A DNA stretch of 64,000 nucleotides from Spirochaetia bacterium (lineage in GTDB: Bacteria; Spirochaetota; Spirochaetia; DSM-2461), in contig OY764216.1 in the NCBI GenBank assembly GCA_963668315.1, forward strand, positions 4,160,001 to 4,224,000, written 5' to 3'. The translations under genes were made by a program, and so were the position numbers. How positions within the stretch are numbered: position 1 is the first letter of the stretch; each line of letters starts with the position of its first letter. Of this stretch, positions 10,004 through 19,211 are shown one piece after another. The notes beneath the pieces were generated by a model. The model did not search any database. It had not been told where the DNA came from and worked only from the letters and a program-made list of their open reading frames with translations.

Positions 10004-10984
10004 CTAAACATGGCCCACGATATTATGGGGGACATAGGGCTCTTCCAGATACGCGGTCTCCTCCGGTGTGAGCTCCACCGGGACGGCGGACAGAGCAGAG
10101 CGTATATGCTCCTTTTTCGTGGCTCCTATGACAGGAATGGTCACCGGGTCTTTCTGCATAAGCCAGGCCAGAGCCAGCTGCACACGGGATATCCCCTTCC
10201 GTTCGGCCAGGGAAGCGACCCTCTCGGCAATCAGTCTGTCCTGATCCGCCGTTGAATCATACTTACGCCGGGCGATCCAGTCCGTATCCCCGCGTTTCGT
10301 CGTGGCCGACCAGTCCCGGACCAGCCGGCCCGAGGCGAGGGGGCTGTAGGGCGTCAGGGCTATCCCCTCCTCCCGGCACAGGGGAATCATCTCCCGCTCC
10401 TCTTCGCGGTACATCAGGTTCAAATGGTTCTGCATCGATACGAATCGGGTCCATCCGTGCCTATCGGCGACGTGAAGAGCTTTCTGAAACTGCCAGGCGT
10501 ACATGGAGGAAGCGCCGATATAGCGGGCCTTTCCGGCCTTAACCACATCATGGAGCGCTTCCATGGTCTCCTCTATGGGGGTATGGGGATCCCAGCGGTG
10601 GATGATATAGAGATCGACATAATCCGTGCCGAGACGCCGGAGGCTGTTATCGATCTCGCTCAAGATGGCCTTGCGCGAAAGGCCCGATCCGTTCGGCCCC
10701 TTGCGCATTTCCTGGTGTACCTTCGTGGCCAGGACGATCTCGTCCCTGTTCGCGAAATCCTTAAGGGCTCTTCCGAGAATCTCTTCGCTTCTTCCCAGGG
10801 AATACACATTGGCCGTATCAAAAAAGTTGATCCCCGATTCGAGGGCTTCTCTGATGATGGGGCGGCTTTCGTCCTCCCGCAGGGCCCACTTGTGAATCCA
10901 TGTATCCGGATCTCCGAAGCTCATGCACCCCAGGCACAGTCTGGAAACGTCCAGACCCGTCCGTCCCAGTTTCACATACTCCAT
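10004..10984 (-). CDS. Aldo/keto reductase
   Basis: LGCMSFG, GINFFDTANVY, LATKV, DLYIIHRWD, PYSPLASG. Confidence 0.96.
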   Translation of the reverse strand: MEYVKLGRTGLDVSRLCLGCMSFGDPDTWIHKWALREDESRPIIREALESGINFFDTANVYSLGRSEEILGRALKDFANRDEIVLATKVHQEMRKGPNGSGLSRKAILSEIDNSLRRLGTDYVDLYIIHRWDPHTPIEETMEALHDVVKAGKARYIGASSMYAWQFQKALHVADRHGWTRFVSMQNHLNLMYREEEREMIPLCREEGIALTPYSPLASGRLVRDWSATTKRGDTDWIARRKYDSTADQDRLIAERVASLAERKGISRVQLALAWLMQKDPVTIPVIGATKKEHIRSALSAVPVELTPEETAYLEEPYVPHNIVGHV

Positions 10985-10996
10985 AGTCGTCCTCCC

Positions 10997-11677
10997 CTAA
11001 AAACCCAAACCGGCCAGCCAGCTCTCGACGTCCGGCCTGCCCTTCCCCAGCCCGATTTCCGACCGGTATAAACCGATCTCCTCCTCCAGCTCAACCGAGG
11101 GAGGCAGACTCTTTTCCAGATCACGTATAGACCGGGCGACACCGCTGGTGCCGTGGGCGAGAAAGGGAATAACCCTTTTGCCGGAAAAGTCGCTGCTTTC
11201 CACGAAGTTCACCACGGCCATGGGGACCGTGTACCACCAGGTGGGAAATCCCAGGAAGACGACATCGTAATCGTCCATGTTCAAGGCGGGACCGGTCAAT
11301 TCGGGCCGGGTTTTCCGCGCCTTTTCCCGGGAAGCCCTGTCCAGGCATTCGTCCCAGTAGCAGGAGTACTTATCCCTGACGGTTATGGAATAGAGCTCCC
11401 CGCCGGTCTCCTCCCTGATCCACGACGCCATCCGCGACGTATTTCCCGGGGGGAGGACGCTGGCCGTGGTGACCGTATCCACCCCTTCATTGCTTTCCAT
11501 GGAGAAGACATGGGTATTGGCCTCCCTTACCGCCCGGGCCCGGTCCTCGATCACCGTATTCTCCGCCCAGGTGAAATAGGCGATGAGTATCCTATCTCCC
11601 GACTGTGCCCCAAGGGGCATAAGACTCACGGCGGACATAAGAGCCAGGGCGATTTTCCCTCTCCGATTTCCTGTCAT
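10997..11677 (-). CDS. Flavodoxin with predicted signal peptide
   Basis: Start MTGNRRG at 11677 (ATGA overlap with the upstream stop, GGAGG RBS); ILIAYFTW, PGNT, YDVVFLGFPTWW, PFLAHG. Confidence 0.85.
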   Translation of the reverse strand: MTGNRRGKIALALMSAVSLMPLGAQSGDRILIAYFTWAENTVIEDRARAVREANTHVFSMESNEGVDTVTTASVLPPGNTSRMASWIREETGGELYSITVRDKYSCYWDECLDRASREKARKTRPELTGPALNMDDYDVVFLGFPTWWYTVPMAVVNFVESSDFSGKRVIPFLAHGTSGVARSIRDLEKSLPPSVELEEEIGLYRSEIGLGKGRPDVESWLAGLGF

Positions 11678-12384
11678 CTCGACCTCCCGGCGGATTTTCT
11701 TCCTCTGAAGAACGCGGATAACCAGTACGCCATCCACGCGAACAGAATCATCATGCAGGTATACTCAAAGAAAAATGAGAGTACCGGCTGTTCGAAATCA
11801 AAAAAGACGAACTGAGTCCTCATAAACAGATAGATCCCGATCTGCTGTTTGAAAAAAGCGTATACTCCGTAACCGGACAGAACCAGGGTCGCACCATGGG
11901 AAAAGATGAAGCGAAGCCGTGACGGCTCCCTTAGAGACTTCCCCGAGAGCATCCTGGACACTCCCGCCCAGTGCAGGCCCAGATGCAGGGCGGTGAGTAT
12001 GAAAAACCAGTAGGATGTGACCATATGCAGAACCCGGGCGAACCCCATGCCCACCCCTATTCCCAGGAAATAGAAAACATAGGAAGAGAGGAGCACACTG
12101 CTTATGACAAGTCCAATGGCGGTGATCATCAACAGTATGTTGACCGCCGTGTTGAATATTCTTAACCCGGAGTATTTTCCCGTAAAGAGGGAGGAGTACC
12201 ATTTTCTGTTGAGAATAACATGGACGCCCCAGAGGACGATGGTCAGAGTGCCGATTATCTCATGGGCCAGATCGCCTGTGACCATATATCCCATGAGAAA
12301 CATCAGTCCGGCCGTCATGGCTATATCCACAGCGATCCTCGCTCTCTGACGGACCGGTTTCCTCTCATCATGAGCCTTGTTCAT
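11674..12384 (-). CDS. DUF4405-domain membrane protein (His-containing, cytochrome b-like)
   Basis: HEIIG, HVILN.KW, LHM..SYW, LHLGLHW, FVFFDFE motifs. Confidence 0.8.
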   Translation of the reverse strand: MNKAHDERKPVRQRARIAVDIAMTAGLMFLMGYMVTGDLAHEIIGTLTIVLWGVHVILNRKWYSSLFTGKYSGLRIFNTAVNILLMITAIGLVISSVLLSSYVFYFLGIGVGMGFARVLHMVTSYWFFILTALHLGLHWAGVSRMLSGKSLREPSRLRFIFSHGATLVLSGYGVYAFFKQQIGIYLFMRTQFVFFDFEQPVLSFFFEYTCMMILFAWMAYWLSAFFRGRKSAGRSR

Positions 12385-12755
12385 GCTTTCCTCAATTCGC
12401 GGATGAGATAATCCAGCCTGTCCACGGACTGCTGGTAGTACCTCAGCCGGGTCATCTTCTTTTTTCTCTGTTTTTCGAGAAGCAGCAGCCTCCTCGGGAC
12501 GGTGCCCTTCCCGTTCTTTTCCAGATCCATAATCTCCTTGATGACATCGGCCTCAATACCGGCTTCCTTCAGCGTAAATAGTCTTTTCAGGTAACAGACG
12601 TCTTCCCGGGAGAAATCCCCCCCTTCCGCGGACTGCCCTTTAGATTCAAACAGACCGCACGATTCCAGTTCTCCCAGAACCGATGATGAGAGATGGTAGC
12701 ATTCGCATAAATCATCATAATTCATAATACTCTGCCCTGTCCTCATCGGATTCAC
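12381..12755 (-). CDS. Degenerate MerR-like regulator
   Basis: F..EDV..L..L.TL..AG, C-terminal coiled coil ending LDYLIREL; HTH is diverged. Confidence 0.65.
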   Translation of the reverse strand: MNPMRTGQSIMNYDDLCECYHLSSSVLGELESCGLFESKGQSAEGGDFSREDVCYLKRLFTLKEAGIEADVIKEIMDLEKNGKGTVPRRLLLLEKQRKKKMTRLRYYQQSVDRLDYLIRELRKA

Positions 12756-12774
12756 TGATAGATAATTCCATTTT

Positions 12775-13263
12775 TTACTTAGCCTCGATCCCGTTTTCCC
12801 TCAGCCATCCGGTAAGAGACGATGCAAGACCGTCCCCTCCCTGCCCGTATAATGAGAGGCATTCTCCTACGGCTGAGCCGGGACAGTACTTTTTTATATC
12901 CTTTGAAAAATGTCCCTCCCCGCCCCCGCCGTGGGTGCAGAAAGGCACTATGGTTTTACCGGCCCGCCCTGTCTGCGATAAAAAAGTCAGAACCGGGGGG
13001 GCCATGGTGGAACACCAGATGGGAGATCCTATGATAAGGGTATCACAGGATGCCCAGCCATCAGGTAGAGGACCGATAGGGGGCATCACGCCGCTCCTGA
13101 TTTCACGGCGGCCCTTTTCCAGACAGGAACCGTAGCTTCGGGAGTACTCTTCCAGGGGCCTTATCTTATAAAGAGTCCCGCCGGCGGTTCTTTGAATGAG
13201 ATCGGCGATATGGCCGGTATTGCCCGACCATGAATAATAGGCGATGAAAATCTTCTGCTCCAT
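12775..13263 (-). CDS. Flavodoxin (cytoplasmic)
   Basis: IFIAYYSWSGNT, IGSPIWC, PFCTHGGGG; alternative start at 13290. Confidence 0.9.
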   Translation of the reverse strand: MEQKIFIAYYSWSGNTGHIADLIQRTAGGTLYKIRPLEEYSRSYGSCLEKGRREIRSGVMPPIGPLPDGWASCDTLIIGSPIWCSTMAPPVLTFLSQTGRAGKTIVPFCTHGGGGEGHFSKDIKKYCPGSAVGECLSLYGQGGDGLASSLTGWLRENGIEAK

Positions 13264-13314
13264 ACCGCTACGCTCCTGCCATTGATTCAATAGATGGATT
13301 TCCTGAAGGACAGC

Positions 13315-14517
13315 CTATTCCAGACGGCCGTACTCGTCATCGGCGACCGGGTCCAGCCACTGGTCCTCGGGGCCGTTCTCCACGGGAACGATGACGGCGA
13401 TATGGGCGAACCATTCACCCGGGGCGGAACCGTGCCAGTGCTTGACGCCGGCGGGAATGAAAACCGTATCCCCCGCCTTCAGCTTCTGAGGCTCCTTGCC
13501 CTCTTCCTGGTAGTATCCCTGTCCCATGGTAACGAGAAGCACCTGGATATAACTGTGGGCGTGCCAGGTTGTGCGGGCGCCGGGCTCGAATGTCACATTG
13601 ACAATAGGAACGCTCCCCGAATTGAAGGGGACCAGGGGCGCCACATAGGAATTTCCCGTGAAAATCGTCGTGTTGCCGCTCAATTCCCCCCGGGGGAATA
13701 CTTCGGGAATATAGGAATATCCCCCGTCACCCCCTGCCGGAGCTCCACCGGAACCGTTTCTGCGGGCCAGGACCTGTGTCAGTACGGCTTCGGCGTTTGC
13801 CCCTCTCTCGGCTCCCAGTTCGGCGCCGATAACTTCTACGAAGTTGAACATCTGCTCCTCGGTCAGGCCGGTGTTCATGGCGGCGCTCATATGAAACATC
13901 TGCTGGGAATTGGTCCCTTCCATGGCGGCGAGGGCGGAGATGGTGCTCAGCTCGCGCAGAGTGAAGGAGACATTGTCCCGTCCGAAAATATCGGCGAAAA
14001 GGTGCTCCTTGAGAAAAGCGTCCATGCCGTTGGCATATCCGTTGGTATCTCCTTTCTGCTGCTGCAGAGGAAATCCCATGAGAGTACCGAGATGGGAGAC
14101 ACCCAGGGCATATTTGTCTGTTCCTTCGGGCAGAAAGTCCGGTTCGGTGCCCACCGCGTCTCTTTTGCCTTCGGCCTGCCTCTCTTCGAGAACGGCGGTG
14201 AGGGCGGCTTGTCCGTTAAGGCTCCGGGGAAATCCTGCATAGGCATAAAGCTGAAGAACAACTTCGCCTATCTCATTAACGGTGAGACCGCTGTCGAGCC
14301 CCTCATTGATAGCCCTTTTCAAATTTTCCGTGTCCCCGTTGGCCGTATAGGCGGCAATGGCTACAACCTTCTGCATTTTCTGCGGAAGAGCGGTACCCGT
14401 CACCTGCGTCCTGACTTCGCCTTCCGGTGCCGAGGCACAGGACATCAGAAAAACCGATGCCGCCAGGGCAAACAGATAGGACGATGTTTTTTTCATCAAT
14501 TCTCTTCTATTCCTCAT
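13315..14517 (-). CDS. Carboxymuconolactone decarboxylase (CMD) repeats + C-terminal cupin fusion, predicted lipoprotein
   Basis: Lipobox FLMSC; QLYAYAGFPRSLNG, FLKEHLFADIFGR; cupin NVTFEPGARTTWHAH...GVKHWHG; AGGAG RBS before 14517. Confidence 0.88.
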   Translation of the reverse strand: MRNRRELMKKTSSYLFALAASVFLMSCASAPEGEVRTQVTGTALPQKMQKVVAIAAYTANGDTENLKRAINEGLDSGLTVNEIGEVVLQLYAYAGFPRSLNGQAALTAVLEERQAEGKRDAVGTEPDFLPEGTDKYALGVSHLGTLMGFPLQQQKGDTNGYANGMDAFLKEHLFADIFGRDNVSFTLRELSTISALAAMEGTNSQQMFHMSAAMNTGLTEEQMFNFVEVIGAELGAERGANAEAVLTQVLARRNGSGGAPAGGDGGYSYIPEVFPRGELSGNTTIFTGNSYVAPLVPFNSGSVPIVNVTFEPGARTTWHAHSYIQVLLVTMGQGYYQEEGKEPQKLKAGDTVFIPAGVKHWHGSAPGEWFAHIAVIVPVENGPEDQWLDPVADDEYGRLE

Positions 14518-14568
14518 GAAATACTCTCCTTTCTTCATAGTATTATTCCATGTGCTTTATTTCCTATA

Positions 14569-14635
14569 AGAATAGTGGAATTCGCCTGATATGCCCAATA
14601 CTTATTTCAAATACAAGAATATACCTGCAAAGCAT
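14569..14635 (-). promoter_or_regulatory. LysR-type activated promoter, copy A (drives the 14517-4497 gene run)
   Basis: Minus strand: ATGC-N7-GTAT box, 13 nt, AAATAAGTATTGGGCATA, then TTGGGC-18-TATTCT; same layout at 25448-25514. Confidence 0.7.
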
Positions 14636-14669
14636 AATAACGAAAGCGGCGAGACAGGGGATTTCACAG

Positions 14670-14926
14670 CAGCCATTCTCATTTTGGGCGTGTCCCCGGG
14701 TTTCACCCGGGGCCGTGCTTTTCACGGGTCTCGTCTCAAGGAAATAAATTCCCTTGAGACCGCTTCGCGCCGTTACAATCACTCACCATGACGCCCCCCT
14801 CCCTTATACCCTATGCGCTAACGGATTGCAGCAGCCCGAAGGGGTCTATGCGCCAGCATAGACGGAACCTGCGAAAAGCCTGACCCCCGGCAAGGCCGGG
14901 GGGAGCGCCCAAAATGAGAAGGGCTT
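14670..14926. mobile_element. MITE-like element made of two inverted structured repeats
   Basis: Terminal IRs 14671-14690 / 14906-14925 (19/20 match); flanking 8-bp direct repeat TTTCACAG at 14662-14669 and 14927-14934; each half has three conserved hairpins. Confidence 0.65.
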
Positions 14927-14942
14927 TTTCACAGGATGAAGA

Positions 14943-15005
14943 TTGACTATATGACCCTTTTATATTATAACTTTATAAGATCACTTAGAGTTAACTCAAG
15001 GTCAA
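14943..15005 (+). promoter_or_regulatory. merR promoter with downstream MerR operator (autoregulation)
   Basis: TTGACT(14943)-17-TATAAC(14966); dyad CTTAGAGTTAACTCAAG followed by GTCAA at about 14984-15005. Confidence 0.7.
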
Positions 15006-15016
15006 GAGGTAAAAAA

Positions 15017-15484
15017 ATGACATATTCCATAGGCCAGGTGGCAGAACAGTATAATCTCTCCATCCATACGCTCAGATATTATGAAAAAGAGGGAATTCTC
15101 CCCTTTGTAAAACGGACGCCCAGCGGAATCCGTAAATTCGATGACGATGCCCTGGAAGGTCTGCGTGTAGTCGAATGTCTCAAAAAAACCAACATGCCCC
15201 TCAAGGACATCAAGGTGTTTCTTGACTGGTGCCAGGAAGGGAACGGGACCCTTGAAAAAAGAAGGGACATGTTCTACGAGCAGAAACAGGCCGTTCTGGA
15301 TCAGATCGCCGAACTGCAGGAAACTCTGAAGCTCATTGATTTCAAATGCTGGTATTACGATAGCGCTCTGGAACTGGGTTCGGAGGAGGAAATAAGAAAA
15401 ATCCCCCTCGAGGAGATGCCCGAAGAGATACAGGAGCTTTACAGGGAATCCCATGGGGAATTCTCACAGGATTCCATGGAATAA
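15017..15484 (+). CDS. MerR-family regulator, AdhR/NmlR-like
   Basis: YSIGQVA..HTLRYYEKEGI..RTPSGIR.F; conserved Cys in VVECLKKTNMPL; GAGG RBS before 15017. Confidence 0.93.
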   Translation: MTYSIGQVAEQYNLSIHTLRYYEKEGILPFVKRTPSGIRKFDDDALEGLRVVECLKKTNMPLKDIKVFLDWCQEGNGTLEKRRDMFYEQKQAVLDQIAELQETLKLIDFKCWYYDSALELGSEEEIRKIPLEEMPEEIQELYRESHGEFSQDSME

Positions 15485-15540
15485 GCATCCCCCGATCCGT
15501 CTCCCCGATCCCCGGGGAGTAAGTTGACGGGCCGGCTGTT

Positions 15541-16326
15541 TTACACGATACTTCTTTCTGCTCTCTCCAGGGAGCGGTGAATAAAATCTATGATTTTTTC
15601 ACCCGTTCGTACTCTATGGGAGCCTGAGAAGCCGTGTCCTCCGCTCCGGTAGACAACCAGTTCGGCAGAGACGTAGGCATCGGCGGCTTCTTCCGAGTAG
15701 GAAAGGTCTACCAGACTGTCCAGCATGCCGTGAAAAATCAGAACATCCCCCTGATATTCACTGATTTTCCCATATACATCCATATCCCACAGATCGGTAA
15801 AATACTTTGATCCGAGCAGTACGCCCCACCGGGTGAACTCTTCGGGGATATTTTCGGGGGACCGGTAGTCCCTTCGGCCGTGATCGGGAATACAGAAGGC
15901 CGGATATAACATTATCAGGCCTTTTATCTCCTCTTTTCTTTCGGCTGCCGCCAGGGCGGCGACGAAACCACCCTGACTTTCTCCCATGAGAAATATATTA
16001 TCTCTGTCAATGTAACTCAGAGACTGCATGCACTCCAGCAGGGCCTTCATATCCTCGACCTGTGTCAGTACGGACATTTCCCTCGTATCGCCATCGCTTT
16101 TCGTACGATGGGAGCCGCCGCAGAAATCAAAGACACAGCCCGCAATTCCCCTGGCAGCCAGTAAACGGGCGTAATAGGCATTATCCCTGTAGGTCCCGGT
16201 AAAGCCGTGACCGATAATAACGGCGGGGAAGGCGCTTTCTTTCCTGGCGGGGATGTAGATCTGCCCGTAGAGGGAAAGGTCTCCCCTTTCCCAGCTGATC
16301 TCTTCCATTCTATATAATTCCAGCAT
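15541..16326 (-). CDS. Alpha/beta hydrolase (esterase-like)
   Basis: HGFTG, GESQGG nucleophile elbow, HG.LD, GHGF. Confidence 0.9.
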   Translation of the reverse strand: MLELYRMEEISWERGDLSLYGQIYIPARKESAFPAVIIGHGFTGTYRDNAYYARLLAARGIAGCVFDFCGGSHRTKSDGDTREMSVLTQVEDMKALLECMQSLSYIDRDNIFLMGESQGGFVAALAAAERKEEIKGLIMLYPAFCIPDHGRRDYRSPENIPEEFTRWGVLLGSKYFTDLWDMDVYGKISEYQGDVLIFHGMLDSLVDLSYSEEAADAYVSAELVVYRSGGHGFSGSHRVRTGEKIIDFIHRSLERAERSIV

Positions 16327-16356
16327 TCCGTCTGGCCCCCAGATTTTATAACGAGA

Positions 16357-16380
16357 GGGACCGCCCCGAAGGACGGTCCC
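16357..16380 (-). terminator. Hairpin downstream of the 16404-17468 gene
   Basis: GGGACCG/CGGTCCC stem; weak U-tract. Confidence 0.4.
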
Positions 16381-16403
16381 GTCGCAGGCAGAGAAAACTC
16401 CGC

Positions 16404-17468
16404 CTATTTCAGATATTCAGAAAAGAAGGAATCCAGCTTGTCAAAGGGGATCATGTCTTCTCTGTCATAAAGGTCGATATGTCTGGCACCGGGAATGATA
16501 ACCAGCTCTTTCGGTTCGGCCGCTTTTTCGTATGCCTCTTCCGTATAGTAGCGGGAGTGGGCATTTTCACCCATGATGAACAGAATCGGTCTCGGAGAGA
16601 TGGAATCAAGGTAGCTCATCAGAGGAAAGTTCATAAAAGACAGGGCACTGGTAAGGGTGAAGTTGGGAATCGTATTGGGATGCCAGCCTCTCTCCATTCC
16701 GTAGTATTCAAAAAACTCCGCAAAAACGGGGGGCAGTCCTTCGGGAACAGCAGAGGCAGGTCCGTCCACGGGCCATCCGCCCTGGGGAAGAGCGGGAGTT
16801 CCGTTCTCGAAATCCGCCCAGCGCTGCTCGCCGAGCTGGTCTAGCATCTGGTTGCGCTGATCATCGGTCATGTAATAACCGAGACCGTAACGGGTCATGC
16901 TGCTGATATCGTACATACTGGCCGTGGCGACAGCCTTGATTCTGTGGTCAACCTGTGCCGCGGTCAGAGCAAATCCGCCGCTCCCGCAGATACCGATGGC
17001 TCCGATTCCCTCTCTGTCTACAAAGGGAAGAGTACCCAGATAATCCACGCCGGCGCTGAAATCCTCGACAAAGAAGTCGGGAGACGAAACATCACTGGGA
17101 GTTCCGCCGCTTTCGCCGTTAAAGGACTCGTCAAATGCCAGGGCGACAAAGCCCCGTTCCGCCATATTCATAGCGTATACACCGGCGCCCTGCTCTTTCA
17201 CTCCGCCGTAGGGAGTACCGATGATAAGGGCAGGATATTTCTGCGTTTTGTCGATGTCCCGGGGAAGGAAGAGATGACCGGCAAGGGTTACTCCGTAGCG
17301 GTTCTTGTACTGAACGGGTTCGAGGGTAACATCGTCTCTCAACTCATAGGTCAGATAGATATCATCTCCCTGACGAAGCTGGGTTGTTTCGGCAGGCTGA
17401 GTGGCGCAGCTGAACATCAGCAGGGCCGCCAAAGCCGTCATTAAAATAAAAGATACTGTTTTCTTCAT
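16404..17468 (-). CDS. Alpha/beta hydrolase, YcjY-like, predicted lipoprotein
   Basis: Lipobox MFSC; PYGGVKEQ, GESGG.P, EDFSAGVD, GICGSGG (Cys nucleophile), HIDLYD. Confidence 0.9.
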   Translation of the reverse strand: MKKTVSFILMTALAALLMFSCATQPAETTQLRQGDDIYLTYELRDDVTLEPVQYKNRYGVTLAGHLFLPRDIDKTQKYPALIIGTPYGGVKEQGAGVYAMNMAERGFVALAFDESFNGESGGTPSDVSSPDFFVEDFSAGVDYLGTLPFVDREGIGAIGICGSGGFALTAAQVDHRIKAVATASMYDISSMTRYGLGYYMTDDQRNQMLDQLGEQRWADFENGTPALPQGGWPVDGPASAVPEGLPPVFAEFFEYYGMERGWHPNTIPNFTLTSALSFMNFPLMSYLDSISPRPILFIMGENAHSRYYTEEAYEKAAEPKELVIIPGARHIDLYDREDMIPFDKLDSFFSEYLK

Positions 17469-17510
17469 TAATTTTCCTCCAATTTTCCTTTGAAAATCAT
17501 GTGTAAACCA

Positions 17511-17541
17511 ATAATAATTCCTAGACCTTACTCGAGGTCAA
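17511..17541 (-). promoter_or_regulatory. MerR-type promoter/operator
   Basis: Minus strand TTGACC-TCGAGTAAGGTCTAGGAAT(19)-TATTAT. Confidence 0.78.
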
Positions 17542-17607
17542 GGTTTTTTTCATTTTTTTTGATATTTTCTTCAACAATGCCATGCCTCTCACAGTCGAAG
17601 GAAAAAA

Positions 17608-18522
17608 TCACCTGCCAAGCGGCCTGTCTCTGGCGACGATCAATTCGGGGCGGTACTCGAAATGCATGTTGTCCCATATGGGCCATTTCCCGCCCCAGAT
17701 GAATCCTTCCTCTTCAAAAATATCAATGACAGCTTCCGGAGGCATCCAGCGATCCGTCAGGGGAAGAAGCATCCAGCGGTCGTTTCCCCTGTTCTTTTCC
17801 CATAACCAGTAAATCGATCTCCCCTCAAGGTCCTTCGGCTGAAGATCAACGGCCAGCCCCATGCTGTGAAATGATTTTCCCTGCGTATCGGATATCTGTC
17901 TCCACGAATAACCGCCGGCGCTTCCCAGAGAATCAATAAAGGCCTCCACCCTTTCATCGGACCGGGCGGCCAGACGTATTTTGCGTTCCGCCCCATTAAG
18001 GGGTCCGAGGATTCTCTCATGAACCCGTACGGAAAGCCCGAGAAAGCTTGTATTCACGATATGGCTCTCCACATCTTCCCTTGAGCGGGAATCATAGATA
18101 GCGTCAAAAAAGGCCGTATTGGAAACGGGAGCCCTCCTTCGGTTATCCGTATCACCGAACCGGGTCACCCTTTCAAGCATTTCGTCCGACAGAGTCTCCG
18201 GATCCATCAGCTTAAGAGGAAAGGGATAAATCAGCATTCGGTAGCTGTCCCTGTTCCCGAGGAGGTTTTCCGGAATAAACCTTCCTTCGGCCCGGATCAG
18301 TTCCGTGTATCCGCCGCCCGAAGTAATCCCGACTCTCCAGTCTTCCAGGGTGCGGTCGTACTCTCCTTCGAAAAACACATCGGGATAAGCCTCTGAGAGA
18401 ATATCCAACTCGGGAAAACTATCGGAGACCGTCTCTCCCCGGAGAACCGGCGTAACGGAGGACAGGAGGGCCATGAAGAAAAAGCCGCCTATCCCTAATA
18501 TCCTATTTCTGTTTCCTGTCAT
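17608..18522 (-). CDS. M15-family metallopeptidase (cell-wall peptidase), exported
   Basis: SFHSMGLAVD (SxHxxGxAxD), GFIWGGKW, DNMHFEYRPE; N-terminal hydrophobic segment. Confidence 0.88.
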   Translation of the reverse strand: MTGNRNRILGIGGFFFMALLSSVTPVLRGETVSDSFPELDILSEAYPDVFFEGEYDRTLEDWRVGITSGGGYTELIRAEGRFIPENLLGNRDSYRMLIYPFPLKLMDPETLSDEMLERVTRFGDTDNRRRAPVSNTAFFDAIYDSRSREDVESHIVNTSFLGLSVRVHERILGPLNGAERKIRLAARSDERVEAFIDSLGSAGGYSWRQISDTQGKSFHSMGLAVDLQPKDLEGRSIYWLWEKNRGNDRWMLLPLTDRWMPPEAVIDIFEEEGFIWGGKWPIWDNMHFEYRPELIVARDRPLGR

Positions 18523-18588
18523 CTTATCTCCCGTAAACAACAGCTTTTCTGCCAGTTATGATTGTAAGTCTAACCTACGATACTTAAC

Positions 18589-18619
18589 AATTTAGAACAT
18601 AGACTATACTCCAGGTCAA
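18589..18619 (-). promoter_or_regulatory. MerR-type promoter/operator
   Basis: Minus strand TTGACC-TGGAGTATAGTCTATGTTC(19)-TAAATT. Confidence 0.68.
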
Positions 18620-18666
18620 GGTTTTTCCCCGATTATAAACATTACATTTTTATAATCTTTCCACAC

Positions 18667-18697
18667 TTGACCTAGAGTAAGCTCTATATTTTATGGT
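18667..18697 (+). promoter_or_regulatory. MerR-type promoter/operator
   Basis: TTGACC-TAGAGTAAGCTCTATATTT(19)-TATGGT; dyad TAGAG/CTCTA. Confidence 0.8.
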
Positions 18698-18731
18698 TTA
18701 GACAGAAATGGTCAAAAGGAGACTTATCAAT

Positions 18732-19208
18732 ATGAAGAAAATGATATTAACAGCCTTATTTTTACTCATAGCAGCCGCTTTTCTCTTCTCTGAGGATAAA
18801 CTGCTGATGGATCTTACCGTTAATTTCGGTTATGACGGGAAACCCTACGATCTCCACTTGTATGACAACGACACAGCCGTAGCCATCGCCCGCCATGTGG
18901 GCAGCAGAGACTGGCAGCTTCCCATCGTCGGTTTTGACGGCTTTGATAATAGCGACGTCATGCACTATTATGATGTGCCGAGCCGTTACATCATACCCTC
19001 GAAAACGGAAAGGATCACATCGGAAAAGGCGGGGGAAGTCTATTACTCCCACCCCAACCGGCTGGTACTCTTTTTTCATGACGCGAACGTCCCGGCCGAT
19101 TATGTTAAAATCGGCTACTTTGACGCCACCGGCGACTTTATCAGGGCGGTGGAGGAGAATCCCGTACTCGATTACTGGAACTGCATGATCCTTAAAGTTA
19201 AAAGGTAG
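18732..19208 (+). CDS. Cyclophilin-like fold protein with signal peptide
   Basis: LYDNDTA..IA, LPI, KAGEVYYSHPNRLVLFF..Y.KIG; MKKMILTALFLL signal; AAGGAG RBS. Confidence 0.75.
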   Translation: MKKMILTALFLLIAAAFLFSEDKLLMDLTVNFGYDGKPYDLHLYDNDTAVAIARHVGSRDWQLPIVGFDGFDNSDVMHYYDVPSRYIIPSKTERITSEKAGEVYYSHPNRLVLFFHDANVPADYVKIGYFDATGDFIRAVEENPVLDYWNCMILKVKR

Positions 19209-19211
19209 ACT

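Noticed and set aside
11660..18525. Shared N-terminus MTGNR in the 11677 flavodoxin and the M15 peptidase
   Set aside because: Only a short match around the start codon; likely chance
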